DNA from: an uncultured candidate division Zixibacteria bacterium
GTDB lineage: Bacteria > Zixibacteria > MSB-5A5 > GN15 > FEB-12
Direction of reading: 5' to 3'
NCBI GenBank assembly: GCA_963806185.1
Contig: CAWDXE010000004.1
Span: 32,001-96,000, forward strand
DNA length: 64,000 nucleotides
The translations under genes were made by a program, and so were the position numbers. Below the pieces are notes generated by a model that worked only from the letters and a program-made list of their open reading frames with translations, searched no databases and was not told where the DNA came from. The first letter of the stretch is position 1. The number at the start of each line of letters is the position of its first letter. This document shows positions 10,137 to 18,825 of this stretch, piece by piece.

Positions 10137-10766
10137 GTGCCGATGCGCATGATCTCTGGATTGATGATGGCAACCATCAGCGTGATGGTGCTTTCGGTGG
10201 TTGGCAGCGTACACGGCGAAGATACTCTGCCCAGAACCAGTGACTCCATTGATTACAACGCCGGAATCTGCTGGGACTACAATTTGGCTTACTATCTCAA
10301 AGCGGCGAAAGGCTGGCGAATGGACGACAGCGTTGCGGCCGCCAATGGCTGGAGCGCAGCCTTCTATCCGGAGAGCCTCACCGCGGCGACGAGTCCGATT
10401 ATTGTTTTCCCGGTCGCATACTTCAAAGATGACACCAACATGACCGTATACGACGTTATCGCTGCTTACGGTGAAAAGTTCGAGTCTGATCACGGCGGCT
10501 CTGTCATTTCCGACCAGCCCTCGATCACCGCTGCGGCGGGCAGTGTCGCTGAGGTGCGAAGATTTGCCAATGCTGCGGCCAAAGACTACCAGATGATCGC
10601 CTTTTACAATGTGCCGAACGGCGTGATCGCCCTTATCCTTGCGTCGCGATCAGAACAGGATTTTGATCGAAGTGTAGCTGCTTTTCGAGAAACTGCCGGC
10701 ACATATATCTTCGTCACTGATAAGACCCAAGTGCGTAACAACACGGACACCGGCAAGGGAAACTGA
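10137..10766 (+). CDS. Hypothetical secreted protein
   Basis: Signal-peptide-like N-terminus, 209 aa; no family recognised. Confidence 0.65.
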   Translation: MPMRMISGLMMATISVMVLSVVGSVHGEDTLPRTSDSIDYNAGICWDYNLAYYLKAAKGWRMDDSVAAANGWSAAFYPESLTAATSPIIVFPVAYFKDDTNMTVYDVIAAYGEKFESDHGGSVISDQPSITAAAGSVAEVRRFANAAAKDYQMIAFYNVPNGVIALILASRSEQDFDRSVAAFRETAGTYIFVTDKTQVRNNTDTGKGN

Positions 10767-11093
10767 CTCCCGCGCCGTACGCCGACACGGCGTACATACG
10801 GGCGGATCCAGCTGTATTTTCGCATCGGGCCCCCTTGGTGACATCACTCTACTCGATGGTTGACGTCCTCTATGGTCCCGACTTCTCCGCCTGTTGTCTC
10901 CATGACCTCCCGCCCCACCGATCATCGCTCGCGTAAGCGTTGGTGTCCCAACGCAATACATGAGTTCAAATTTGTCTAAAGTTTGGCCCCGCTAAAGCCG
11001 AATCATGGAGGAGATGGGTTGATGTACTCGGCTTTAGGCCGGTGCGTCGATTCGTCGCCTACCGCGGGTTCCTTACGTTGAAAGGAGATGACC

Positions 11094-11801
11094 ATGAAGC
11101 GATTTCTCATCACGGCGGCCCTTGTCATCTTGGTCAAAGGCGTCACGGCCTCGGCCGCCGAACATCCGGTCAATCAGAGCAGCGTTGCTCTCGGGTCCAG
11201 GCAGTTATTCACTGGGCAGGTCGTGACCGGCTATTACGGGGGTCCCGGACTGCACGTCAACGGCACGCTGGGCAATTTTGCCCAGGGATTTCCGTTTAGT
11301 GTCAGACTCGGCCTGGGCTATGCGCGCGTACCCACCGGCGACGCTCTCATGGCGCGACGCGTCTTCATTAACAATGCGACAAACGGCACGCCGAGATCTC
11401 GCGGCAAGATCTGGGATGCACGACTCGACGTCGTCTATCCAGTCAAGCTAATGTCACTTAAGCACTCCAGCGTGTTCGGCGGCGCCCGCCGTGCTTATTA
11501 CACGGCGGACTTCGAGTATATCGGCGGCGCCGAAACTTTCAACGTAAGCTCCAACCAGTGGGGCATTGGCGGCGGCATCGAAACTGCGTTTCCCCTCAGT
11601 CCTCGCCTTGACATGATCGTACTGGCCGGCGCCGACTACTACTTTCGTGCTACCATGGACGGACATGATACTTACTACAGTCCAGACGGCAAGCATGACC
11701 TCCATCCGATTGACGACTACAATTATAAGGACGCCGACAAAGCGATCGCCCAGCCGGAAGTTGAGACTCGGGTAATGTTCGGCATCGCGTACCGATTTTA
11801 A
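11094..11801 (+). CDS. Outer-membrane beta-barrel protein
   Basis: Signal peptide ending ASA, amphipathic strands, C-terminal beta-signal FGIAYRF; AAGGAG RBS. Confidence 0.75.
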   Translation: MKRFLITAALVILVKGVTASAAEHPVNQSSVALGSRQLFTGQVVTGYYGGPGLHVNGTLGNFAQGFPFSVRLGLGYARVPTGDALMARRVFINNATNGTPRSRGKIWDARLDVVYPVKLMSLKHSSVFGGARRAYYTADFEYIGGAETFNVSSNQWGIGGGIETAFPLSPRLDMIVLAGADYYFRATMDGHDTYYSPDGKHDLHPIDDYNYKDADKAIAQPEVETRVMFGIAYRF

Positions 11802-11906
11802 TTCATCACCGTTCGACCCGTACTACCAATCGACATTCCCGGTCCGGGTGATGCGCATTGACCCCGCGCTTCACCCGTATCCTGGGGAGCAAATGAGTCC
11901 AAGCTT

Positions 11907-12134
11907 ATGAAGAAATCACTGCTGTTCGTCATGGGTGCTGCTATTACGGCTTCTCTGCTTGGTGGCTGCGGCGCGGCCACAACAAAAGCCTGCCGTGTCC
12001 CGATGCTGGCCGGGGCCGAGATGCAGCTCGATCGCCGGCTCAACGACGACGTGATTGCTGATCACGTATATTTCAGCAAAGAAGGGTCAAGCGGCGGCCG
12101 CTCCTTCGGCGGCGGCGGCTGCGGGTGTAACTGA
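11907..12134 (+). CDS. DUF4266-family small lipoprotein
   Basis: Lipobox LGGC; diagnostic C-terminus HVYFSKEGSSGGRSFGGGGCGCN. Confidence 0.88.
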   Translation: MKKSLLFVMGAAITASLLGGCGAATTKACRVPMLAGAEMQLDRRLNDDVIADHVYFSKEGSSGGRSFGGGGCGCN

Positions 12135-13405
12135 TGCCGGTACGTCAGCTCAAAAACGCCCTCGCTCCGCTCACGGCTACCTTGCTCGGCACTCTGCCGG
12201 CCGTTGGCGTGGCGGCCAGTCATTCGGAAACGTCCTTGTTGGTGTATTCTGAGCAGAATCGCGTCCGTGCCACCGAGGCGCTGTTCACGCTCAATCGTGA
12301 CCTGCGCAGTGGCTACAATCTCAACATGACTCTCACCTTCGACGGTCTCACCGGTGCGTCCCCGACCGGCAGTTCTCCGTCGAAACATCCGCAAACCATC
12401 ACGCGCTCCTCTGGCGGCGGGCGAATCATCACTCAGGCGGGCGAACTGCCCGTCGACGATGGTTTCACCGAGACCCGCTTCGCCGTTGACGCCATGCTGT
12501 CGCGCCGAGTCAGTGAGTCGGTCACGCTGGCCGGCGGCGGGCACGTCTCAAGCGAACATGATTACAAATCGCTGGGATTGAAAGGTGCAATCTCGAAAGA
12601 GTTCGACAACGGTCGCACGACGGCCAGCTTTTCGGCTGCCCTGTCACGCGACAAGGTCGACCCGCTCGACGGTGTTCCTGCGCCGTTCGCCGATCCAACT
12701 GTCCAACAGGAAGACGAATTCGGACGGCGACTCGATCTCGGCTCGCGCCGCAAGACCACTACCGACATGGTCGCCGGGCTCACGCGAATTGTCGGTCCCC
12801 GCACGGTTCTTCGGTTCAATTATTCTATCTCTCTTGCCAACGGGTACATGACCGATCCGTACAAGATTATCAGTGTCGTACAGCCGATGAACGCCGCAGA
12901 TCCCGGCGAACCGGTTCAGAGTCTGCATGAAAATCGTCCCGACAACCGGACCGGCCACGCCGTTTTTGGACAAATTCGAAAGGGCATTGGTCGCACCATC
13001 GCCGATCTCTCGTATCGCTACTACCTCGACAACTGGGGTGTGACATCGCACACCGCCTTCGCAGGTATTCGGCTGGATTTGCGGCGCATCGGCGCTTTCC
13101 AACCATCGGTGCGCTGGTATACACAATCAAGAGCCGACTTCTCGCGACCATTCCTCATTCAGGGTGATCCACTCCCTGATTTCGTCTCAGCGGATAACCG
13201 CCTGGCAAAATTCACGGCTTTCACGTACGGTCTCAATTACGAATTGCCGGTCAGCCCTGACTCTCGTCTCGCCATCTCGGCGGAGTGGTACAATCAGCGG
13301 GGAGACCCGAGTCCGCCGGAATCCTTCGGCCCGCTGTTGAATTTCGATCTCTTTCCGGATCTCCGAGCGTTGATGTTACGCGTCGGTCTGATACACGAGT
13401 TCTAG
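12134..13405 (+). CDS. DUF3570-family outer-membrane beta-barrel protein
   Basis: DGLTGASP, SSEHDYKS, GYMTDPY, ENRPDNR, YRYYLDNWGVTSHT, SADNRL, terminal F; TGATG overlap with DUF4266, its usual partner. Confidence 0.85.
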   Translation: MPVRQLKNALAPLTATLLGTLPAVGVAASHSETSLLVYSEQNRVRATEALFTLNRDLRSGYNLNMTLTFDGLTGASPTGSSPSKHPQTITRSSGGGRIITQAGELPVDDGFTETRFAVDAMLSRRVSESVTLAGGGHVSSEHDYKSLGLKGAISKEFDNGRTTASFSAALSRDKVDPLDGVPAPFADPTVQQEDEFGRRLDLGSRRKTTTDMVAGLTRIVGPRTVLRFNYSISLANGYMTDPYKIISVVQPMNAADPGEPVQSLHENRPDNRTGHAVFGQIRKGIGRTIADLSYRYYLDNWGVTSHTAFAGIRLDLRRIGAFQPSVRWYTQSRADFSRPFLIQGDPLPDFVSADNRLAKFTAFTYGLNYELPVSPDSRLAISAEWYNQRGDPSPPESFGPLLNFDLFPDLRALMLRVGLIHEF

Positions 13406-13418
13406 GAAGACGTCAAGA

Positions 13419-13449
13419 TTATCCGGCGGTCGCTTTGACTGCCGGATAA
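13419..13449. terminator. 13-bp hairpin after DUF3570 (probable terminator)
   Basis: TTATCCGGCGGTC-gcttt-GACTGCCGGATAA (one G-U pair). Confidence 0.55.
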
Positions 13450-13463
13450 AATGCTATTATAGT
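13435..13463 (+). promoter_or_regulatory. Sigma70-type promoter
   Basis: TTGACT-17 nt-TATAGT; ~350 nt upstream of the 13814 start. Confidence 0.6.
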
Positions 13464-13813
13464 TGAAGTCCATTCCCATAATCTCCGCACGCTTTTGCCA
13501 TGAAGGTTTAGCCGACCTCCTGTAGCTCCGAGACTACATCGACTTCAGTTGAGTAGCCTAGAGGCTACACCTGGCGTGGCTTTCAACCTCACAACGGCTT
13601 GTCGCGAGCAAGTTCCTCCTGCAATCCATTGAACTATCGACAGATGAGATATTACCCGGGAGATGCGCATGCAGTTTGCGATATGTATTCGCCAGTAGGG
13701 AGATCGCGGGACCATCACACGCGCCAATGTCGACCTCCCCCCAATGCAAATTACACCCAGCGTCGGCCGGCGTTGGAATTCGTGGTGTGAAGCTACTAAA
13801 CATAGGAGGAGTA

Positions 13814-15625
13814 ATGAGAGAGCATGGTAGAACGCTGATTGTACTGATCGCGTCACTGGTTTCAATTGTGATTGCCGCGACCAGTCCGATCTTCGCAACT
13901 GCGCCCCACGGCTTTAGTTTCCAAGGGGTCATGACCGATTCGGCGGGCAATATACTGTCGAACACGGCACTAACCATTCAGTTCGCAATTTACGGCAGCG
14001 CCGTCGGGGGAAGCCCGAAATGGCAGGAATCACAGAACCTCTCTACCGGCCTCGATGGTACTATCTCAGCACTGTTGGGTGACATAGTACCAATTAACGA
14101 CAGTGTCTTTGCGGACACAGGACGCTGGTTAGGTGTGAAGGTCAGTCCGGACCCGGAAATGTCACCACGAATTCAGCTCGTGTCGACACCCTACGCCTTT
14201 CGAGTTGCCACAATTAACGGGGCGTCTGGCGGCACTATCACTGGAGCTGTCAAGGTCGATGGTCTAATCGAGTCGACCGGCGGCGGTTTCAAGTTCCCCG
14301 ATGGTACAATTCAATCGACCTCGGCGGACACGGCCTTGCTCGATCCGCGCTATGTCAAATCATCACAGACGAACTCAGTGACATCAGCCATGATTGTGGA
14401 CAATACGATTCAGTCGGCCGATCTAAGTCCGTCGATCGTCATCGGTAATGCCGACAAAGTCGATGGTTTTGATGCGGCGTCGACGCCCGGCCCCAATCGC
14501 TTGCTGGCGCTTGATGGTGGTTCGCGCCTGGTTATCACGGGTTCTCCCAGCACGGGACTGATCTACAGCGCCAATACCGCAGGACCAGGTGTGCACGGCA
14601 GATCAAGTGAGAGCGTCGGCGTTTTCGGTGAGTGTACGGGGACCGGAAATCCAGCAGCCACTGCCTACGGTGTGCGAGGATATGCCACTAATACCTTCAC
14701 CGGTGACGTCACAGGCGGAGACTTTTCAGCACAGCCCGGCGGTTCTGGTCGCCATTTTGGCATCACTGCCTGGTCCAATGCTGCGACCTCAAACAGTTCG
14801 CGCGGTGTATATTCACAAGCTACTAATACCGGTTCCGGCGATGCACTCGCTGGAGATTTCGTCGCCATGTCCGGGGGAACTGGCGGCCACGCTGGTCTTA
14901 CCGCCTATGCCGATGCCTCCAATGCAGCAGTGTCGAAGGCGTTGGTGGGATATGCCGGCAATGCTGGCTCCGGATCTGTTTGGGGGGCCGAAGTGTGGGC
15001 GAAGCCGGGAGGTAGCGGGCCGCATTATGGTATACAGGCGTATGCTGACGGTGGCTCAACGGCCTATGGCGTCTGGGCACAGGGGAATGGTGCCGCTACC
15101 AACTATGCCGGGTTTTTCAACGGCAACGTCAGCGTCATCGGAACGCTGAGCAAAGGAGGCGGTTCATTTAAGATCGATCACCCGCTCGATCCCGCCAACA
15201 AGTACCTTTACCACTCATTCGTCGAATCGCCCGACATGAAAAACATATATGATGGTATCGTCTTGACCGACGCCCAGGGGAACGCAACTGTAACTCTGCC
15301 CGACTATTTCTCTGCACTGAATACCGACTTCAGGTATCAATTGACGGTCATCGGACAATTTGCCCAGGCAATCGTCGTGAGCGAGATTGCTCAAAACCAG
15401 TTTCGGATTCGCACCAGTGTCCCGTCCGTGAAGGTATCGTGGCAAGTGACGGGCATACGGAATGATGCCTTCGCGCGCAGCCACCGCATACCCGTTGAAG
15501 AAGCAAAGCCTGTTGTCGAGCGAGGCAAATACCTCTACCCGGTAGAAATGGGACTGACCCCCAATGATGCCATCGATGATCTGCGGCCGCAGCGCACTGT
15601 CACGGGAGATCGGGGGCAAGAATGA
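13814..15625 (+). CDS. Secreted fibre/adhesin-like protein: Gly/Ala-rich beta-repeats and a phage-tail-fibre-like C-terminal IDHPLDP domain
   Basis: AGGAGGA RBS; signal peptide; N-domain SFQGVMTD...WQE...PRIQLVSTPYA; GVxG repeats; C-terminal GGSFKIDHPLDPANKYLYHSFVESPDMKNIYDG...LPDYF. Confidence 0.75.
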   Translation: MREHGRTLIVLIASLVSIVIAATSPIFATAPHGFSFQGVMTDSAGNILSNTALTIQFAIYGSAVGGSPKWQESQNLSTGLDGTISALLGDIVPINDSVFADTGRWLGVKVSPDPEMSPRIQLVSTPYAFRVATINGASGGTITGAVKVDGLIESTGGGFKFPDGTIQSTSADTALLDPRYVKSSQTNSVTSAMIVDNTIQSADLSPSIVIGNADKVDGFDAASTPGPNRLLALDGGSRLVITGSPSTGLIYSANTAGPGVHGRSSESVGVFGECTGTGNPAATAYGVRGYATNTFTGDVTGGDFSAQPGGSGRHFGITAWSNAATSNSSRGVYSQATNTGSGDALAGDFVAMSGGTGGHAGLTAYADASNAAVSKALVGYAGNAGSGSVWGAEVWAKPGGSGPHYGIQAYADGGSTAYGVWAQGNGAATNYAGFFNGNVSVIGTLSKGGGSFKIDHPLDPANKYLYHSFVESPDMKNIYDGIVLTDAQGNATVTLPDYFSALNTDFRYQLTVIGQFAQAIVVSEIAQNQFRIRTSVPSVKVSWQVTGIRNDAFARSHRIPVEEAKPVVERGKYLYPVEMGLTPNDAIDDLRPQRTVTGDRGQE

Positions 15626-16158
15626 AGTCGAATTGGCGCCGGCTCGGATTGTTGATAGTAGTAGTTCTCGCTTTGGAACAGCTTCTGACCGGCATTGCCC
15701 AGGCAATCGTCAATGACGGAAAAGGGACCGGAGCAGATCCATCTATTGGCCAATCGATGGGGGCGCCCATCGCGCTGAGACGTGCTGTCGTCGCCTCAGG
15801 CGGTGGCACATGCCGCGCCTCTAGTCGCGGACTCAGTCTAACAACCGGTCAATTGGCCACCGGACAGTGCGAGTCGCCCAATGTCCATATGTCTGGAGGC
15901 TTCTGGCAAAATCCGCCCGAATCCGGCGGCTGCTGCCTCTATCTGGTTGGCAACGTTGACTGCAGTCCGGATGACGGCGTAGACATTGGCGACCTAACCG
16001 CCTTAATCAACAATCTGTTTATCACCTTCACCCCGCTTTGCTGCCCCTCTGAGGCTAACTGTGACGGTGATGCAGCTGACAACATCGATATAGGTGATCT
16101 GACTGCTCTCATCAACAATCTCTTCCTCACCTTCACTCCCCTGCCGAACTGTCGATAG
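15622..16158 (+). CDS. Small secreted protein: SGGG...GQ...GGFW module plus C-terminal Cys-rich dockerin-like domain
   Basis: ATGA overlap with the fibre gene; the C-terminal 75 aa closely match the tail of the giant protein (7 Cys, two DIGDLTxLIxNLF). Confidence 0.8.
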   Translation: MKSNWRRLGLLIVVVLALEQLLTGIAQAIVNDGKGTGADPSIGQSMGAPIALRRAVVASGGGTCRASSRGLSLTTGQLATGQCESPNVHMSGGFWQNPPESGGCCLYLVGNVDCSPDDGVDIGDLTALINNLFITFTPLCCPSEANCDGDAADNIDIGDLTALINNLFLTFTPLPNCR

Positions 16159-16179
16159 TAGACCATGTCGCCGCTTGAA

Positions 16180-16213
16180 TGGCAAGAGGTTCCGAAACCG
16201 GAACCTCTTGCCA
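16180..16213. terminator. Perfect 15-bp hairpin (probable terminator, no U-tract)
   Basis: TGGCAAGAGGTTCCG-aaac-CGGAACCTCTTGCCA. Confidence 0.65.
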
Positions 16214-16239
16214 CAGAAATCCGGTCCCTGCCTCAATAG

Positions 16240-16268
16240 TTGACTCCGAGTGCCACTTTTGGTATACT
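16240..16268 (+). promoter_or_regulatory. Sigma70-type promoter with extended -10
   Basis: TTGACT-17 nt-TATACT, preceded by TGG. Confidence 0.7.
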
Positions 16269-16298
16269 ACCGAAAAGGAGCTTAACCAGGCGGTCGTA

Positions 16299-17483
16299 AT
16301 GAACGATATGATTTACCTCGATAACGGCGCTACCACCTTCCCAAAACCCGAAGTAGTATATCAGCAAATCGACAGTTTTTATCGCAATTATGGCGTTAAT
16401 CCCGGCCGCTCTGGCTATGACCTTTGTCTCGCCGCCGGCTCGATGGTCGAGGATACTCGCAAACTCCTCACCAGATTCTTCAACGGTACAGATCCTAACC
16501 GACTGATCTTCGCCAACAATGCCACCGATGCCCTCAATCTGGCCATCTTTGGCTGTCTGGGACCGGGCGACCATGCCATTACCACTACTGTCGAACATAA
16601 CTCGGTTCTGCGTCCACTATATCATCTGTCCCGCGACTCGCAGGTCGAGGTCGACCATGTCCCATTCGATGAGAAGGGGTTTGTGTCAGCCGACGACATC
16701 GTTCGTCGCTTCAAGAAAAACACCCGCCTGGTCGCCATCAATCACGGTTCCAACGTGATTGGCACAGTTCAGGACATCGCCACCATTGGCCGATTCTGTC
16801 GCCAAAACGGAATCATCCTCCTGGTGGACTCATCCCAGACCGCCGGCAAGATACCAGTGGATTTGCAGGGCATGAACCTCGATATCATCGCTTTCACCGG
16901 CCACAAGTCACTCATGGGTCCGATGGGTATCGGTGGCTTGTATGTCCGCGAGGGGGTTGAAATCCGCCACACTCGCGCCGGCGGCACCGGAGTTCGTTCG
17001 GCCCAGAAAGCCCATCTGGATGAATACCCGTATCGTCTGGAATATGGCACGCCCAATTTGCTCGGCATTGCCGGGCTGAACGCCGGCGTGAAATGGCTGC
17101 AGGAACAGGGGATCGAGAACGTCGAGCGCCGCGAATCTCGACTGCTCAAACAACTGCACAACGGCCTGAAGAAGATCGACAACGTCATCATGTACTGTCA
17201 GAATGACCTCACCGATCATATCGGTGTGCTCTCATTCAACATCGAGGGCACGGAGGCAGCCGAGGTCGGCACTATGCTCGATGTCGACTACAATATCGCC
17301 TGCCGCACCGGCTTGCATTGTGCCCCGCTGGTTCACGAACAACTCGGCACTGACAAGATTCACGGCGCCGTGCGCTTTGGTATAGGTCCGTTTACGACTG
17401 AAGATGATATTACAAAGGCCATCGAGGCGGTTGAAGAAATCGCCGTCTCGCGCGGCGCTATGGCTGGGTCGAAGAAGCGTTAG
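16299..17483 (+). CDS. Cysteine desulfurase family protein (class V PLP aminotransferase, SufS/CsdA-like)
   Basis: IYLDNGATT, EHNSV, DSSQTAG, FTGHK (PLP lysine), RTGLHCAP (catalytic Cys). Confidence 0.92.
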   Translation: MNDMIYLDNGATTFPKPEVVYQQIDSFYRNYGVNPGRSGYDLCLAAGSMVEDTRKLLTRFFNGTDPNRLIFANNATDALNLAIFGCLGPGDHAITTTVEHNSVLRPLYHLSRDSQVEVDHVPFDEKGFVSADDIVRRFKKNTRLVAINHGSNVIGTVQDIATIGRFCRQNGIILLVDSSQTAGKIPVDLQGMNLDIIAFTGHKSLMGPMGIGGLYVREGVEIRHTRAGGTGVRSAQKAHLDEYPYRLEYGTPNLLGIAGLNAGVKWLQEQGIENVERRESRLLKQLHNGLKKIDNVIMYCQNDLTDHIGVLSFNIEGTEAAEVGTMLDVDYNIACRTGLHCAPLVHEQLGTDKIHGAVRFGIGPFTTEDDITKAIEAVEEIAVSRGAMAGSKKR

Positions 17484-18825
17484 CGGCCTGAGCCGATGAT
17501 AAGACCAGCGCATCGGCTACTATCTCGGTGACCGTCTTGATCTCGGTCCCGAGCTTGTAGTGCTTGTTGAGTTCGGCCAACTGGTCTATACAATTATGAC
17601 AGGGAGCGACCACCACATTAGCGGCGGTCGCTTTTATTTGGTCAGCCTTGATTCTGCCGGCCTCGATTCGACGGTCGGCAAAGCGGGTCATCGACAGTTG
17701 TCCTCCTCCGCCACCACAGCAGAAGTTGGTCTCGCCGTTGGGAGTCATCTCGACAAAATCGGCGACAGCCTTACGTAGTAAATACCGTTGCGGCTCGCGC
17801 ACGCCCCCGAGCCTGACCAGATTACATGGATCGTGCAATGTATACCGCTTCGCATTTCGTGCCGGATCGACCCTGATCCTGCCGGTTCGTAGCCACCCGG
17901 CCATCACTTCCAGAATGCTGATCATAGGCACCGAATCAGCGTCCTGCCGCCAGTCCGGCCCTTCCCAAAAATTGGCGTTGAATCCGTGGCCGCACTCTCC
18001 CAGGACAATTCGGCTCGCCCCTAGTTTCCTTGCGGTTGCCTGGAGCCGACCGGCAATCTCCGCCCCTCTGTCATCATCACCGCTGAACAGTGCATAGTTG
18101 GTGATATCGTACGCATCAGACGCAAACGTCCAGTTCGCTCCAGCGGCATAAAACACCTTTCCGGCCGCGAGAAGGGAGAGCGGGTAAAATTTCGCCTCGC
18201 GCGGATTGATCGCGTAGAGGAAATCGACATTCTGGCGGTCCATTGGCAATTCTGCCGCCGGATCACCGGTTTCACCGCGAAGCTCGTCCTGCAGCCAATC
18301 AACGGTCTCCAGCCACTCCTGCTGTGTGATCCCCATATTGTTGCCGGTACCTATCGCCTTGTCGACTGTCGCCTGAAGTTCACTCGGGACCATGCCGACC
18401 GCCGCCAGCGCCGACCGACCCGCACGAATAATCCTCTCGATACTGATCCCCATCGTGCAGTTAATCGTGCATCGCCCGCACATCGAACACCGGCCGTACA
18501 GCGAATCGATCCATTCACGGGTAAGAGCAGCGTCAAGCACTGTCGCGCCGCTCAGTATAGGGAAGAGCCTGCCCGGGAGCGTATGCTGCCGGGCGAATAC
18601 CGAGGTAACCAGACCAGCCTTGTATGCCGGTATCGCCTTGGCTTCGCCTGTCGCCAGAAAGTAATGACAGCTCTCGGCGCACAATCCGCAATGCACGCAC
18701 GTCTGCATCTGAGCCGCCAACTCCGCATCGACCTTTTCGGCCAGCGTCGCCAGCATCGTCTCGATATCCTTCTCGGATGCCGGCCGAGCACAGGTCAGGC
18801 GGGTGTCGTCTTTATCGGCTGACAT
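17458..18825 (-). CDS. DsrK/HmcF/HdrD-like Fe-S protein with CCG domains
   Basis: CVHCGLCAESC, CSMCGRCTINC, ECGHG, HDPCN, CCGGGGG, PCHNC; start MSADKD. Confidence 0.85.
   Translation of the reverse strand: MSADKDDTRLTCARPASEKDIETMLATLAEKVDAELAAQMQTCVHCGLCAESCHYFLATGEAKAIPAYKAGLVTSVFARQHTLPGRLFPILSGATVLDAALTREWIDSLYGRCSMCGRCTINCTMGISIERIIRAGRSALAAVGMVPSELQATVDKAIGTGNNMGITQQEWLETVDWLQDELRGETGDPAAELPMDRQNVDFLYAINPREAKFYPLSLLAAGKVFYAAGANWTFASDAYDITNYALFSGDDDRGAEIAGRLQATARKLGASRIVLGECGHGFNANFWEGPDWRQDADSVPMISILEVMAGWLRTGRIRVDPARNAKRYTLHDPCNLVRLGGVREPQRYLLRKAVADFVEMTPNGETNFCCGGGGGQLSMTRFADRRIEAGRIKADQIKATAANVVVAPCHNCIDQLAELNKHYKLGTEIKTVTEIVADALVLSSAQAANASSTQP

Noticed and set aside
13814..15625. 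Prophage or tailocin remnant
   Set aside because: The protein has a Sec-type signal peptide and no other phage structural genes are nearby.
4540..16158. The two dockerin tails as a DGR template/variable repeat pair
   Set aside because: Differences are not adenine-specific, both copies are coding, and no reverse transcriptase is in the window.
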